Source: an uncultured Methylomirabilota bacterium
GTDB lineage: Bacteria > Methylomirabilota > Methylomirabilia > Methylomirabilales > 2-02-FULL-66-22
Reading direction: 5' to 3'
Length of the DNA: 64,000 nucleotides
Assembly (NCBI GenBank): GCA_963705305.1
Contig: OY970067.1
Location: 2,080,001 to 2,144,000 of the forward strand
The notes under the pieces are model-generated. The model saw only the letters and a list, made by a program, of their open reading frames with translations, was not told the DNA's origin and did no database searches. A program made the translations under genes and the position numbers. Positions 12,069 through 25,400 of this stretch are shown in pieces (the stretch's first letter is position 1; each line of letters starts with the position of its first letter).

Positions 12069-12157
12069 TTGACACCGGCGGGATTCCCTGCTAGGTTTGA
12101 CTGCCTCACGCCGCCTCTGCGATACCATGGACGACGCCCCGGGGTGGGGCGTTTTTT
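12069..12157 (+). promoter_or_regulatory. Putative sigma70 promoter followed by a terminator-like hairpin upstream of ileS
   Basis: TTGACA(12069)-17 nt-TAGGTT; hairpin ACGCCCC-GGGGT-GGGGCGT followed by a T-run (12134-12157). Confidence 0.45.
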
Positions 12158-12262
12158 CTTGGCGGGATCCCTCTCCCGGGAGGCTCGGCGCGCCGGCGAG
12201 TCTTGCCGGGGTGGAGAGGGAACTGCGGGCGTGCCCGCCGCTCCCGAAGGACCGAAGCCGAC

Positions 12263-15031
12263 ATGGACTACAAGGCCACGCTGAACCTGCCCAAGACCGA
12301 TTTCCCCATGCGCGCCAACCTGCCGGAGCGCGAGCCCGAGAGGCTGCGCCGCTGGGAGACGCAGCGCCTGTACCAGCTGCTGCGAGCGGCGCGGGCCGGC
12401 CGGGAGATGTGGGTGCTGCATGACGGGCCTCCCTACGCCAACGGCCGCATCCACATGGGCCACGCCCTCAACAAGATCCTGAAGGACTTCATCATCAAGT
12501 CCCGCTCCATGCGGGGCGACGATGCCGTGTATGTGCCGGGCTGGGACTGCCACGGGCTGCCCATCGAGCACCAGGTGGACAAAGAGCTGGGAGGCAGGGC
12601 TCAAGAGATTCCCATCCCCGAGAAGCGGCGGATGTGCCGCGCCTATGCGGAAAAATACATCAACATCCAGCGGGAGGAGTTCCGGCGGCTGGGGGTGCTC
12701 GGCAACTGGGACGCCCCCTACCTCACCATGGATTTCCGGTACGAGGCCAACATCTTCCGCGAACTGGCCAAGTTCGTCCTGGCCGGCAGCGTCTACCGGG
12801 GCTTGAAGCCGGTGCACTGGTGCACCTCCTGCCTGACGGCGCTGGCCGAGGCGGAGGTGGAATACCAGGATCATACGTCCCCCTCGATCTACGTGGTGTT
12901 CCCGCTGGCCTCGGATCCGGCCGCGCTCGATCCCGGCCTGGCCGGGGCCTCCGTCGGCGTCGCCATCTGGACCACCACGCCGTGGACCCTGCCCGCCAAC
13001 CTGGCCATCGTCGTCCATCCCACGGAGGACTACGTGGTCATCCGGAGCGGCGGACGGCATCTCATCCTGGCGGAAAAGCGGCTGGAAGAGACGGCCCGGA
13101 CGTGCCGGCTGGCCAGCCCCGCCGTCGTCTGCCGCTTTCCCGGCTCCCGGCTGGAAGGCCTGGCCGCCCGCCACCCCTGGCTCGACCGTCCCTCGCCCAT
13201 CTTCACCGCCGAGTACGTGACCATGGACCAGGGAACGGGCTGCGTCCACACGGCGCCGGGCCACGGGGCCGACGACTACGAGACCGGGATGAAGCACGCG
13301 CTCCCCGTGTACAACCCGGTGGACGACCAGGGACGCTTCGTGCCGGACGTGGCCCACTTCGCCGGAATGAACGTCTGGGAGGCGAACCGGGCCATCATCG
13401 AAAAGCTGCGGGCCGACGGGACACTCCTCCACGCCGAGCCGTTCCAGCACACCTACCCCCATTGCTGGCGCTGCAAGAACCCCATCCTCTTCCGGGCCAC
13501 CACCCAGTGGTTCATCTCCATGGAGGCCAACCAGCTGCGCCAGAAGGCGCTGGACGGCATCCGGCAGGTGCGCTGGATCCCGTCCTGGGGGGAGGAGCGG
13601 ATCGCGGGGATGATCGCCAACCGGCCGGACTGGTGCATCTCCCGCCAGCGGGCCTGGGGCGTGCCCATCGCCCTGCTGGTGTGCACGGCCTGCAACGGCC
13701 TGCTGGCCGATCCGGCCGTCCTGGAGCATGTGGCGTCCCTCATGGACCGGGAGGGGGCCGATGCCTGGTTTGCGCGGGAGGCGGCGGATCTCGTCCCGCC
13801 GGGCACGACCTGTCCAACCTGCGGGGGCACCGCGTTCCGGAAGGAGAAGGACATCCTGGACGTCTGGTTCGACTCGGGGGTCAGCCAGGCGGCCGTGCTG
13901 CGGGTCCGGCCCGACCAGCACTGGCCGGCGGAGATGTACCTGGAGGGGAGCGATCAGCATCGGGGCTGGTTCCACTCGTCCCTGCTGGCCGCCGTCGGTG
14001 TCCAGGGAGGGCCGCCGTACAGGTCGGTCCTCACCCACGGCTTCGTCGTGGACGGCGAGGGCCGCAAGATGTCCAAGTCCCTGGGGAACGTCATCTCTCC
14101 CCAGGAGGTGATCGAGAAGTACGGGGCGGAGATCCTGCGCCTGTGGGTGGCGGCCGAGGACTACCGGGACGACATCCGCCTGTCCGACGAGATCCTCACC
14201 CGCCTGGCCGAGGGGTACCGGCGCATCCGAAACACCTGCCGGTACCTGCTGGGAAACCTGTACGACTTCGATCCGGGCCGGGACGCGCTGCCGGCCGCCT
14301 CGCTCTTGCCCATCGATCGCTTCATCCTGCACCGGCTGCAGCGACTGACGGAGCGGGTGCGCGCCGCCTACGAGAGCTACGAGTTCCACGTCCTGTACCA
14401 CAGCCTGCACAATTTCTGCGCCGTGGATCTCAGCGCATTCTACCTGGACGTCCTGAAGGACCGGCTCTACACCTCGCCCCCCGCGTCGCCCCTGCGGCGC
14501 TCGGCGCAGACGGCCCTGTTCGAGGTGCTGGCGGCGCTGGTGAGGCTGATGGCGCCGGTGCTCTCCTTCACCGCGGATGAGGTGTGGGGGTATCTCCCCA
14601 TGCGGGACAAGCCGGCCAGCGTCCACCTGGCCGAGTTTCCGTCGGTGCGGGCGGAGTTGATCGACGAGCCGCTGGCCCAGGAGTGGGAGCGCTTGCTGGG
14701 GGTCCGGGACGAGGTGCTGCGGGGTCTGGAGCTGGCGCGGAAGGAGAAGCGAATCGGCAGCTCCCAGGAGGCCGCCGTCGAGCTGGAGGCGCCCGAGCCG
14801 GACGAGGCGTTCCTGGCGGCCCACCGCGAGGAGCTGGAGACGATCTGCATCGTGTCGCGCCTGGCGGTGCGGCGGGGCGGCCAGCCGGCCGGATCCGGTC
14901 TCGTGGTGAAGGTGACGCGCGCGCCGGGGACGAAGTGCCAGCGCTGCTGGAATTACCGGGAGGACATCGGAAATTCTGCGTCGCACCCGGAGCTCTGCCG
15001 GCGCTGTGCGGAGGCGCTGCAGGGGTCATGA
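12263..15031 (+). CDS. ileS: Isoleucine--tRNA ligase
   Basis: [49 protein letters not shown] and a C-terminal zinc finger. Confidence 0.98.
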   Translation: MDYKATLNLPKTDFPMRANLPEREPERLRRWETQRLYQLLRAARAGREMWVLHDGPPYANGRIHMGHALNKILKDFIIKSRSMRGDDAVYVPGWDCHGLPIEHQVDKELGGRAQEIPIPEKRRMCRAYAEKYINIQREEFRRLGVLGNWDAPYLTMDFRYEANIFRELAKFVLAGSVYRGLKPVHWCTSCLTALAEAEVEYQDHTSPSIYVVFPLASDPAALDPGLAGASVGVAIWTTTPWTLPANLAIVVHPTEDYVVIRSGGRHLILAEKRLEETARTCRLASPAVVCRFPGSRLEGLAARHPWLDRPSPIFTAEYVTMDQGTGCVHTAPGHGADDYETGMKHALPVYNPVDDQGRFVPDVAHFAGMNVWEANRAIIEKLRADGTLLHAEPFQHTYPHCWRCKNPILFRATTQWFISMEANQLRQKALDGIRQVRWIPSWGEERIAGMIANRPDWCISRQRAWGVPIALLVCTACNGLLADPAVLEHVASLMDREGADAWFAREAADLVPPGTTCPTCGGTAFRKEKDILDVWFDSGVSQAAVLRVRPDQHWPAEMYLEGSDQHRGWFHSSLLAAVGVQGGPPYRSVLTHGFVVDGEGRKMSKSLGNVISPQEVIEKYGAEILRLWVAAEDYRDDIRLSDEILTRLAEGYRRIRNTCRYLLGNLYDFDPGRDALPAASLLPIDRFILHRLQRLTERVRAAYESYEFHVLYHSLHNFCAVDLSAFYLDVLKDRLYTSPPASPLRRSAQTALFEVLAALVRLMAPVLSFTADEVWGYLPMRDKPASVHLAEFPSVRAELIDEPLAQEWERLLGVRDEVLRGLELARKEKRIGSSQEAAVELEAPEPDEAFLAAHREELETICIVSRLAVRRGGQPAGSGLVVKVTRAPGTKCQRCWNYREDIGNSASHPELCRRCAEALQGS

Positions 15032-15513
15032 GCTTTTTTCTCACGGCCCTGGCCGTCATCCTTCTGGACCAAGCGACCAAGGAAGTCATCGTCCGGTCCC
15101 TGCAGCTGGGCCAGACCATTTCGGTGGTGCCGGGTTTCTTCGATATCAGCTTCGTCCTGAATCCGGGGGCCGCCTTCGGATTTCTGGCCGGTCTGCCCGA
15201 GGAGGTGCGCAACCCGTTCTTCATAGCCATCTCCGTGGCGGCCATCGTCCTCATCCTGGTCTACCGGCTCCGGGTCATGCCGCGGGCCGGCCTGGTCTCC
15301 ACGGCCTTGGCCCTGATCCTGGGCGGGGCGTCCGGCAACCTGATCGATCGACTGCGCTACGGGATGGTCGTAGACTTCCTGGACGTTCACCTGCACCAGT
15401 ATCACTGGCCGTCCTTCAACGCCGCCGACTCGGCCATCTCGATCGGGGTGGGCCTGATGCTGCTGGACCTGCTCCTGGAATGGTTCCGGGAGCCGCCCGC
15501 GACCCGTCCGTGA
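15028..15513 (+). CDS. lspA: Lipoprotein signal peptidase II
   Basis: [35 protein letters not shown] overlap with ileS. Confidence 0.95.
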   Translation: MSFFLTALAVILLDQATKEVIVRSLQLGQTISVVPGFFDISFVLNPGAAFGFLAGLPEEVRNPFFIAISVAAIVLILVYRLRVMPRAGLVSTALALILGGASGNLIDRLRYGMVVDFLDVHLHQYHWPSFNAADSAISIGVGLMLLDLLLEWFREPPATRP

Positions 15514-15546
15514 GGCCGGCCTGGTCGGCCGGCCGCCTTCCCTACC

Positions 15547-16566
15547 ATGGACCTGCATGAGTTTGTCGTGGGGGCGAACGAGGCGGGCCAGCGCCTGGAC
15601 ATGTTCCTGGCGCGGGTGAGCGGGCTGTCGCGCGCCCACATCCAGCGACTGATCGCCGAGGGGCGGGTGCTGGTGGACGGGCATCCGCAGAAGCCGGGCC
15701 GCGCGGTGAATCCGGGAGGGCGCATCCGGCTGGAGATTCCGCCGGCCGTCCCGCTGGCCTTGGTCCCGGAGATCATGCCCCTGGATATCCTGCACGAGGA
15801 TTCCCACCTGCTGGTGCTGAACAAGCCCGCGGGGCTGGTGGTCCATCCGGGGGCCGGCCGGCGCACGGGCACGCTGGTGCACGGCCTGCTGGCGCACTGC
15901 CGGGAGCTGCCGGGAATCGGCGGCGTGGAGCGTCCGGGCATCGTGCATCGCCTGGATCGGGACACCTCCGGGGTCATGGTGGTGGCCAAGACGGAAGCCG
16001 CGCACCACGCGCTCAGCCTGCAGTTCAAGACCCGCGTGGTACAGAAATGGTATCTAGCCCTGGTGCACGGCGAGATGCGGGAGGGGGCGGGGCGGATCGA
16101 GGCGGCCATCGGGCGGCGCGAGACCGACCGGCAGCGCATGGGCGTCCGGGAGCGCGGCGGCCGGGAGGCCCGCACCGCCTACCGGGTGCTCCGACGGCTG
16201 CCCGGGATGACCCTGGTTGAGCTCCGTCTGGAGACGGGCCGCACCCACCAGATCCGGGTGCACCTGGCGCATATCGGCCATCCCGTGGTCGGTGATCGGG
16301 TGTACGGGGGACGGCGGGAGCGCCGCCGGACCGGCCAGGAGGGCCCGGCCGCCGAGCGGCAGATGCTGCATGCCTGGCGGCTCGGATTCCAGCATCCGCA
16401 GGACGGAGCCTGGAGAGAGTTCACCGCCCCGCTGCCTGCGGACTTCCTCCGGTTGGCCGGCGAGATCCCGCCGGGTCCCGTCGGTCACTCCCCGGAAGCG
16501 GGAGACGACGGGACCCGGCGGGAACCGGCGCAACGGAGAGGTAGCAGTCTTCCGCCGACAGGGTGA
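15547..16566 (+). CDS. rluD: RluA-family 23S rRNA pseudouridine synthase
   Basis: N-terminal S4 domain, NKPAGLVVHPG, HRLDRDTSG, TGRTHQIRVH. Confidence 0.9.
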   Translation: MDLHEFVVGANEAGQRLDMFLARVSGLSRAHIQRLIAEGRVLVDGHPQKPGRAVNPGGRIRLEIPPAVPLALVPEIMPLDILHEDSHLLVLNKPAGLVVHPGAGRRTGTLVHGLLAHCRELPGIGGVERPGIVHRLDRDTSGVMVVAKTEAAHHALSLQFKTRVVQKWYLALVHGEMREGAGRIEAAIGRRETDRQRMGVRERGGREARTAYRVLRRLPGMTLVELRLETGRTHQIRVHLAHIGHPVVGDRVYGGRRERRRTGQEGPAAERQMLHAWRLGFQHPQDGAWREFTAPLPADFLRLAGEIPPGPVGHSPEAGDDGTRREPAQRRGSSLPPTG

Positions 16567-16602
16567 GACCGCCGCCGTCGATTAGCCCCAATCCAAAAAA
16601 CT

Positions 16603-16690
16603 CTCACCGCCAAGGCGCCAAGGAAAAATTCGAATTTCGAAGTTCGAATTTCGAAATTGAAAGGTGCGACCTTGGCGTCATGGCGGTTCA
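16603..16690. repeat. Palindromic element with a TTCGAA(N) heptamer loop, copy 1
   Basis: Arms CCGCCAAGGCGCCAAGG...CCTTGGCGTCATGGCGG enclose heptamer repeats; a near-identical copy is at 42856-42935. Confidence 0.85.
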
Positions 16691-16710
16691 ACAGTTCTTT
16701 CGGATGAGGG

Positions 16711-16914
16711 TCAGGAGGTGACGACCTTCACCTGGATGGCCTTGGGCCGCCCTCGATCGTCCTGACCGAGCTCGAACTCGACGGTCTCCCCCTCACGAAG
16801 TGTCTGCCCCCCCTCAACGTCGCTGGCGTGGACGAAGGCGTCGGGCCCTTTATCCTCGCGCACGATAAATCCGAAGCGCTTCGTGACGTTGAACCACTTC
16901 ACTGTCCCCTTCAT
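16711..16914 (-). CDS. Cold-shock domain protein
   Basis: MKGTVKWFN..KRFGFI, DAFVH; GGAGGAGG RBS. Confidence 0.95.
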   Translation of the reverse strand: MKGTVKWFNVTKRFGFIVREDKGPDAFVHASDVEGGQTLREGETVEFELGQDDRGRPKAIQVKVVTS

Positions 16915-17042
16915 GGTGTCCTCCTCCCCGTGGGTTGGTCCAGCCAGGGTGACTCCGGCCGGCCGGCGGAGCCGGTCTCGCCTGTTGGGGCGCCCTCAGC
17001 CGAAATCGTGCCGGGCTGGTGGTGGTAGTGGAAACCCTCCGT

Positions 17043-18070
17043 TCAGTTGCTGACGGCAGCCAGACCGTTGTCGGCCGCGGGCTCGTTCGCCTGCCGGAGC
17101 TCCGAGAGCGAGCGCGTCTGGCGATCGAACAGAAAGACTTTCGGCTTCCCGTTGCCGCGGTCGGATTCAAAGACGATGAACCGGCCGTCGGCGCTCAGCG
17201 AGGGGAATCCGTTAAACGCGTTCGGATCGTTCAGCTCCGGCAACGGGTCGAGCTGTCGCGTCTCCCGATCGAAGAGGAAGACGTCGAACTGGCCGTGCCG
17301 GCGGTTCGACTGGAAGACGATGAACCGGCCGTCGGCGCTGATGGAGGGGTACTCGTCGCTGGCCTGATAGCTGTTGGCCTCCTCCAGCGGGTCCAGCCGC
17401 CCGAATTTGCGATCCAGAAGATAGATATGGTTCCGCCCCCCCCGGCGATCGGAGGTGAAGACCACGAACCGTCCGGGGACCGGAGGCGAGGCCGGGATCT
17501 CCAGGATGCCGACGTTGGAGGGGCCGCCGGCCCCATCCGGCGGTACCACGATGACGGGGAGGTCGCCGGGGCTGTCGAAGAGCCGGAAGGTGATCGCCGC
17601 GTCCAGCTCCTCTGCGGACCGGAAGCGGGTGGCGGCCGGTTGCCCGTTGATATGGACGACCGAGTCCGGCTGGAATCCGCGGCCCCGCACGACGAGCGTT
17701 TGCGGCGCGTCCCCCATCTTCTCTGCCCGGATCGTGAGCTCGGTGATCACGGGGGCGGGGGCGCCGGCCGCCCCGGCCGCCGCGGCGAGGACCGGCAGAC
17801 AGAGCACGGAAAGGCAGGCCAGCCACCAGGCCCGGCCGCGAGCCCTTCGAGAGCGTCCGGGAGTGCGCAGGAGAGCCCATGGCCGCCGGCCCAGCCGTGG
17901 GTTCGCTGCCGGCGTCTGCCGCCCAGGCTGCTCAAAAGGGCCCAGATGCAAGGCGGCGCGCGATGGGCGGGGCACCCGCCACAGGCGGGTCAGGGCGTAC
18001 TTCCGGTACGCCGCAACGAGCGCCCAAGCGCACCAACGCCGCAGATGGGCCTTTTTGAGCAGCCTGCTCA

Positions 18071-18074
<4 letters not shown>
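17043..18074 (-). CDS. Secreted Ig-like + TolB/PD40-repeat protein; start uncertain, ORF reads through a MITE
   Basis: Hydrophobic signal-like [19 protein letters not shown], an IPT-like segment, and repeats [16 protein letters not shown] / [16 protein letters not shown]. Confidence 0.75.
17924..18066. mobile_element. MITE-like repeat, copy A
   Basis: Terminal inverted repeats CAGGCTGCTCAAAAGGGCCCA...TGGGCCTTTTTGAGCAGCCTG; homologous to 34024, 36444, 39298 and 41215. Confidence 0.85.
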
Positions 18075-20170
<2,096 letters not shown>

Positions 20171-20180
20171 CCGTAGTCTT

Positions 20181-20729
20181 TCAGCGCGGCAGAGCCGGCG
20201 GCGCTCCCCCATCGATGTCCAGCGGAAGATACTTGCGCCAGCCCTCGTACTGGGGGGATGCCCGGGCCAGGATGCCCAGGTAAGAAAATGAGTGCGGCCT
20301 GGTGGGCTTGCGGAGGAGGTGCATTCCGGCTTCGCCGGGTCGTCGGTTTCCCTTCTTCAAGTTGCAGGCCCGGCAGGCGCTGACCACGTTCTCCCAGACG
20401 GTGCGTCCCCCCAGGGACTTGGGGATGATATGGTCGATGGTCATGCGCTCGCCGCCATTGCGACCACAGTATTGGCAGGTGTAGGCATCCCGCTTCAGGA
20501 TGTTCTTCTTGTTAAAGGAGATCGCCGGCGTGATCGGTTTCCGCACGAAGTGCTGGAGCCGGATCACCAAGGGAACCGCGAAGGCAAGGGAGGGCGAGCG
20601 CATGACCAGCGCGGTGTCTTCGACCCGTTCGGCTTTTCCGGTGAAGAGGAGAATCACCGCCCTCCGAGTTCCGCAGACCTGCAACGGCTCGAAGGTTTGG
20701 TTCAGGATGAGTACTTTGCGAGAGTCCAT
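20181..20729 (-). CDS. HNH endonuclease family protein
   Basis: [45 protein letters not shown]. Confidence 0.92.
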   Translation of the reverse strand: MDSRKVLILNQTFEPLQVCGTRRAVILLFTGKAERVEDTALVMRSPSLAFAVPLVIRLQHFVRKPITPAISFNKKNILKRDAYTCQYCGRNGGERMTIDHIIPKSLGGRTVWENVVSACRACNLKKGNRRPGEAGMHLLRKPTRPHSFSYLGILARASPQYEGWRKYLPLDIDGGAPPALPR

Positions 20730-20812
20730 GGAGCGATGGTGGAGTTGAAGGCTCCGGCGCCCTCCATCTTACTTAATCGTTCCTACTTGTGTAGCAAATC
20801 ACCCCGGCGTTG

Positions 20813-21772
20813 TCAAGTTTCCCGATTCGCCGGACCGTTTGAGGAGAGTTGCCGAAAGAAATGGAGGAGGATGCCTTCTCTCAATCCTCCGTCGCTGACA
20901 GTGAGATCGGCGAAATTCCACGTTTCCATGACGATCTGGCAGATCAGCGCCCCCGCCACGATAACGTCCGCCCGGCCCGGCTCCAGGCCGGGCACCTGCC
21001 GCCGGGCCGACAACGGCAAGCCCGCCAGTTCCCGGGTCAGGCTGGCGACCCGACGGAGGGGGAGCCGGTGTCCATTGACCCGGGCCGGATCGTAAGGATC
21101 GAGGCGCAAATCGATCGCCGACAGGGTGGTGACGGTGCCGGCGGTGCCAACGAAGCGCGTCCCCGGATCCAGCGCGGCCGGGCCGACCCTCTCCAGCCGG
21201 GCCAGCCGCCGGGAGACGGCGTCCCGGATGGCGGCCAGTTCGGGCGGCGCGGGCGGGTCGCTCCTACAATAGGCCTCGGTGAGCTTCACAACCCCCAGGC
21301 CGGTGCTCTCGGCCTCCAGAATCGTCGCTCCGCGCGCCAGGAGGAACTCCGTGCTCCCGCCCCCGATGTCCATGAGGAGCATGTGATCCGGAGGCTCGGG
21401 GAGAGCCGCTCGGACGCCGAGGAGTGTGAGGCGGGCCTCTTCCTCGCCGGAGATGACGCGGATGTCGAGACCGGCCTCCCGTCGGGCGCCGTCCAGGAAG
21501 ACCTCCCTGTTCCGCGCCTCGCGCAGGGCGCTGGTCCCCAGCGCCGTTACGACGGTGGCCCCGTGGTCGGCGGCGAAGCGCTGGAACCGCCGCAGGACGA
21601 CCAGGCTGCGCTGCATGGCGTCGGGCCGGAGCAGCCGGGTCGGCAACAGCCCTTGTCCCAGGCGCGTGATCTCCTGGGCGGCGAAGACAGGCCGGTAGCC
21701 GCCCGCGCCGTCCGAATCGGCGATCAACAGACGCAGGGTGTTCGTCCCGACATCCACGACGGCGGCGCGCAC
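20813..21772 (-). CDS. ppx: Ppx/GppA family exopolyphosphatase
   Basis: VDVGTNT, GTSALREA, GEEEARL, DIGGGSTE, GTAGT, RADVI, GLREG. Confidence 0.92.
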   Translation of the reverse strand: MRAAVVDVGTNTLRLLIADSDGAGGYRPVFAAQEITRLGQGLLPTRLLRPDAMQRSLVVLRRFQRFAADHGATVVTALGTSALREARNREVFLDGARREAGLDIRVISGEEEARLTLLGVRAALPEPPDHMLLMDIGGGSTEFLLARGATILEAESTGLGVVKLTEAYCRSDPPAPPELAAIRDAVSRRLARLERVGPAALDPGTRFVGTAGTVTTLSAIDLRLDPYDPARVNGHRLPLRRVASLTRELAGLPLSARRQVPGLEPGRADVIVAGALICQIVMETWNFADLTVSDGGLREGILLHFFRQLSSNGPANRET

Positions 21773-21815
21773 AACACCTCCAATGCAAAACTAACAACCG
21801 ACAATGCAAAACCGG

Positions 21816-23663
21816 TCAATGAGTTGTCGACCGGTTGTCGGTTACCTCTTCCCCGCCTTCGGCCAGCTTGTTTATCAGCTCCTTGTCAGGCTTGACGATG
21901 ACCGTCTTCTCCTGGGTGATGGTCACCAGGCCGGGGGGAGACTTGCGGGGCTTACGCACGTATTTCTTCAGCGTGTAGCTCACCGCGACCTTCCCGTGAG
22001 AGCGGGCCTGGCTGTAGTAGGCCGCCAGCTGGGCCGCCTCGATCAGAGTCCGGCGAGGCACGCCGCCCGCCCGTCCCTGCATGCGGACCACCACGTGGGA
22101 GCCCGGAAACCCCTCGACGTGCAGCCACAGGTCCTCGGATCTCGCCAGGTGGACGGTCAGATGGTCGTTCCCCGCGTTGTCGCGGCCGACCAGGATGGGA
22201 AGCCCCTCCGACGAGACGAACCGCCGCGGCTCCGGCCCCTGTGTCCGGCCGCGAGGCGGCCTGACCCCGGCGGGCCGCGGGGGGGCGGCCGGAGACCGGG
22301 AGGGAGCGGCAGTCGGCCGGCCGGCCGATGACCCCAGCGCGGCCCGATCCCGCGGCGTCAGGAGGCGCGACACGGATTCCAGTTCCGACCGAATCGTCTC
22401 GAGGGCCCGCCGGTCCGGCGCCTCTTCGACTCGCCGCGCCCAGCCCTGGACCCGCCCCAGATCGGTCTCGGTTTCGGCCAGGCGGCCGGCAACGCGGGAG
22501 GCCCCGCGCCGCCCGCGGCGGGCCGCATTGAAGAGCCGCTCGGCATTGGCGGCCGGCGACAGGGCGGGGTCCAGAGGAATGGTCAGGGTCGCGTCGGGGC
22601 CGCCGGCGTAATCCGGCAACGTCACAGCCGACGCCCCCCGGGGAACCTCGGACTGCCGGGCCACCAGCGCCTCTCCCATCCGCCGGTACGTGTCGGCCCG
22701 GGCGAACTCCAGGGACTCGGCGCTCAGCTTGTCCCGCCGCGTTCGGAGGCGTTCGTCCAGGCGCCGCAGGAGCTGGTGGAGGAATCCCTGTAGGGCGGCA
22801 TGGCTCCGCAGATCCTGTTGGACGGCTGCCAGCCGCTCGACGGCGACCCCGAGGGACGGGCAGGGATCCTGTCGCTCATCCGGCAGGTGGCGCAGCCGAA
22901 GCGGGCAGGCGGCAACGGGCTGGCCGGCGGCGCCCAGGATGAGACGGGGTTCCCAGGGGCCGGATTCGACCTCCCCAAGCAGGTCGGCCAATGCCCGGGC
23001 CAGGGCGCTTGCGGTGCCGTCCGTCGCCCTGGCGACGACCTCTTCGGCCCAGAGATCGGTGAGACCGGCGAGCGCCTGACGCAGGGCCAGCGGGGGAGCG
23101 ACGCCGGCGGCGATCTGCGGCGCCAGGATCTCGGCGAGGGCGGCAGGGTCGCCGACCAGCCGGGGGTCCGGCCGAAGCGGAGCCGGCGGCGGGATGTACG
23201 GCTCGCCGGGAGCGAGGCGGCGACCCTTGGCGGCCGAGACCCGCCGTGCCGATTCCAGGATGCGGCCGGTCGAGGCATCCACGAGGAAGAGATTGGGAGC
23301 CCGCCCGAAGAGCTCGACCACGAGGCGGCAGCCGCCCCCTGCGGGAGGCACGGGCGCGAACTCCAGGCTGACGATCCGGTCCAGGCCGCGCTGGGTAAGG
23401 CCCTGGAAGCGGGCCTCGACCAGATGCTGGCGCGCCAGGGCGGCCAGGGGCGATGGCTGCGGCAGGCGGGGCGGGCGCGGGGCCCCTCGGGCCAGGCGGG
23501 GGAGGACCTCGTCCGCGTCGACCAGCAGCGCCTCGGCTCCGCGGGGGGTGAGGAGCTCGATCCAGAGGCCCGTCGGCCCGGCCGGATGGACGGCCCTCAC
23601 CGTTGTCTCGAGAAGGGCGCGTCGGGCGTCTTCGACCGTCGCCACGAGCATCAGCGCATCCAT
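21816..23663 (-). CDS. NFACT/RqcH (Rqc2, FbpA-like) protein
   Basis: DRIV and LVVELFGR..NLFL (NFACT-N); coiled coil; C-terminal VGRDNAGND..DLWLHV..PGSHVV..AAQLAAYYS (NFACT-R). Confidence 0.9.
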   Translation of the reverse strand: MDALMLVATVEDARRALLETTVRAVHPAGPTGLWIELLTPRGAEALLVDADEVLPRLARGAPRPPRLPQPSPLAALARQHLVEARFQGLTQRGLDRIVSLEFAPVPPAGGGCRLVVELFGRAPNLFLVDASTGRILESARRVSAAKGRRLAPGEPYIPPPAPLRPDPRLVGDPAALAEILAPQIAAGVAPPLALRQALAGLTDLWAEEVVARATDGTASALARALADLLGEVESGPWEPRLILGAAGQPVAACPLRLRHLPDERQDPCPSLGVAVERLAAVQQDLRSHAALQGFLHQLLRRLDERLRTRRDKLSAESLEFARADTYRRMGEALVARQSEVPRGASAVTLPDYAGGPDATLTIPLDPALSPAANAERLFNAARRGRRGASRVAGRLAETETDLGRVQGWARRVEEAPDRRALETIRSELESVSRLLTPRDRAALGSSAGRPTAAPSRSPAAPPRPAGVRPPRGRTQGPEPRRFVSSEGLPILVGRDNAGNDHLTVHLARSEDLWLHVEGFPGSHVVVRMQGRAGGVPRRTLIEAAQLAAYYSQARSHGKVAVSYTLKKYVRKPRKSPPGLVTITQEKTVIVKPDKELINKLAEGGEEVTDNRSTTH

Positions 23664-24133
23664 GCCCGCACTATACCCCACGTGGGGAATGGCCAGACAG
23701 CATAAAATGCTTCATTCCAGGGAATGGGGCGGCGAAGAAGGGAGCCTAAGTAAGCGAATCGACGAAGCCCAGCAGGGGTGGCGGGAATCGTTGCGCTGCC
23801 TCTCCTGGGCTTTTCGTTGGGGATGCGACTGCCCCCCAAATTTTTCCCAACCTCAGCAGAACTACCGCTCCCCAAATCCAAGCCGGAATCCGCTCTGCCT
23901 TGAATCCGCAGCCCCCCGTGCTTACTGATACGGGGGGCGTTTGCGGTTGACAGCCCGTCCGCGCGGCGATACTTTTTTGACCGACTGTTCGCCAGAGTTC
24001 TCTCCTGCGGTCCAGGGGGTGTTATGCGGAAGCCTTATAGCATCCCGACCACCTCGGTTCTAATCTTCACCCATCATTGCCAGGGCCTGAATAGCGTCAG
24101 TAGGCGGGGGCTTATACGGACCCGATGCAAGAT

Positions 24134-25252
24134 TGGGCTAACGACCAGATCTTGAGCGAAAACCCGTGAGGAAAATGGGTAACACTCCGGCACCGAGGGT
24201 CCCCGAAGGACCCGAAAGGAGTGTGACCCATGGAGAGGATCGGCAAGGCGGGAGGAAAGAGGAAGAGGAACCCCGCCCCGCGGAAGGGAACACGGCGGGT
24301 GGGGCGGCCGCACGCGTACGCCTACCCGTTTGAGACCCGGCGCAAGGCGGTGCGGCTCTGCCTGGAGGAAGGGTCCCCCCCCAAGCAGGTCGCCCGCGAG
24401 CTGGGCGTCGGGGCGGTGTACCGGCAGTTCCACCCGCAGGTCTCCCGCCGCACGCTGCAGGCGCTGACCGCGACGCTGCGGCGGGAGCGGGCCCAGCAGC
24501 GCCAGGCCGCCTGCCGCCACATCACCTGGCACGTACCCGGCTTGGTCTGGTCCCTGGACGACGCGGAACTGGCGCGACGGCCCCACCAGGTCCTGCGCTT
24601 GCATCAAGTACAGGATCTCGCCTCCCGCTATAAGTTCCCCCCGTGGGTGGACGAACGGATCTTGGGAGCAACCGTGGCCGTGCGCCTGGAACACCTGTTC
24701 GTGCAGTATGGCCCGCCGCTGGTGCTCAAGCGGGACAACGGGTCCAATCTCAATCAGCAGGCGGTCGAGGAGGTGCTGGCCCGGTACGGGGTCCTGCCGC
24801 TGAACTCGCCTCCCCATTACCCGCCCTACAACGGCGGGATGGAGCGCGCGGTCGGGGAACTGAAGGTGCCGCTGGCGGCGAAGCTCCGCGCCAGTGGTCC
24901 GATCCCGGCGTCCCAGGTGCAAGGCTGTGCGGAGATGTTGGCGCACGACCTGAACCATCGCCCCCGCCGCTGTCTCAAGGGGCGCATGGCCTGCCAGGTG
25001 TTCCAGGATGCGCGGCGAGCGCTGCAGGCGTATACTCGCCGCAAGCGGAGGGAGATCTTCGAGGAGATCGACGCCCTGACCCGGGCGCTCGTCCAGACCC
25101 AGGCGGTTCCCACCCCACGCCAAACCGAAACCGCCCGGCGGCTGGCGGTCGAGACCTGGTTACAGAGCAAGGGGGTGATCACCATCACCCAAAACAAGGA
25201 AGTGTTACCCGTTCTCCTCAAACAAATCGCTCATAATTAGGTTGGCCGCACA
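24134..25252 (+). mobile_element. Internally deleted DDE insertion sequence (TG...CA ends; IS481/IS3-like)
   Basis: Imperfect ~50-bp terminal inverted repeats sharing TGAGCGA...TGAGGA..A.GGGTAACACT (24134-24186 vs reverse complement of 25201-25252). Confidence 0.75.
24230..25240 (+). pseudogene. Integrase-core (rve) transposase remnant; N-terminal HTH joined abruptly to the core
   Basis: HTH YPFETRRKAVRL...KQVARELGV, then VWSLDD, QDLASRY, KRDNGS, PPYNGGMER. Confidence 0.75.
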
Positions 25253-25400
25253 CTTCCCGGAAGAGCAATTCTTCGCGCGGAACCCGCTACCGGCAGATTG
25301 GAAAGTATTGAGAAGGGCACCAAGGTCGACGGATCGCTCATCCTAAGGAGCGCAAGAATGCATCAGCGAGATGCCACCACCGATTGGAGTCGGTGACCTG

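Noticed and set aside
20181..20729. HNH nuclease as part of a defence or mobile system
   Set aside because: It is a common standalone HNH type in housekeeping context (uvrB, ppx), with no partner genes.
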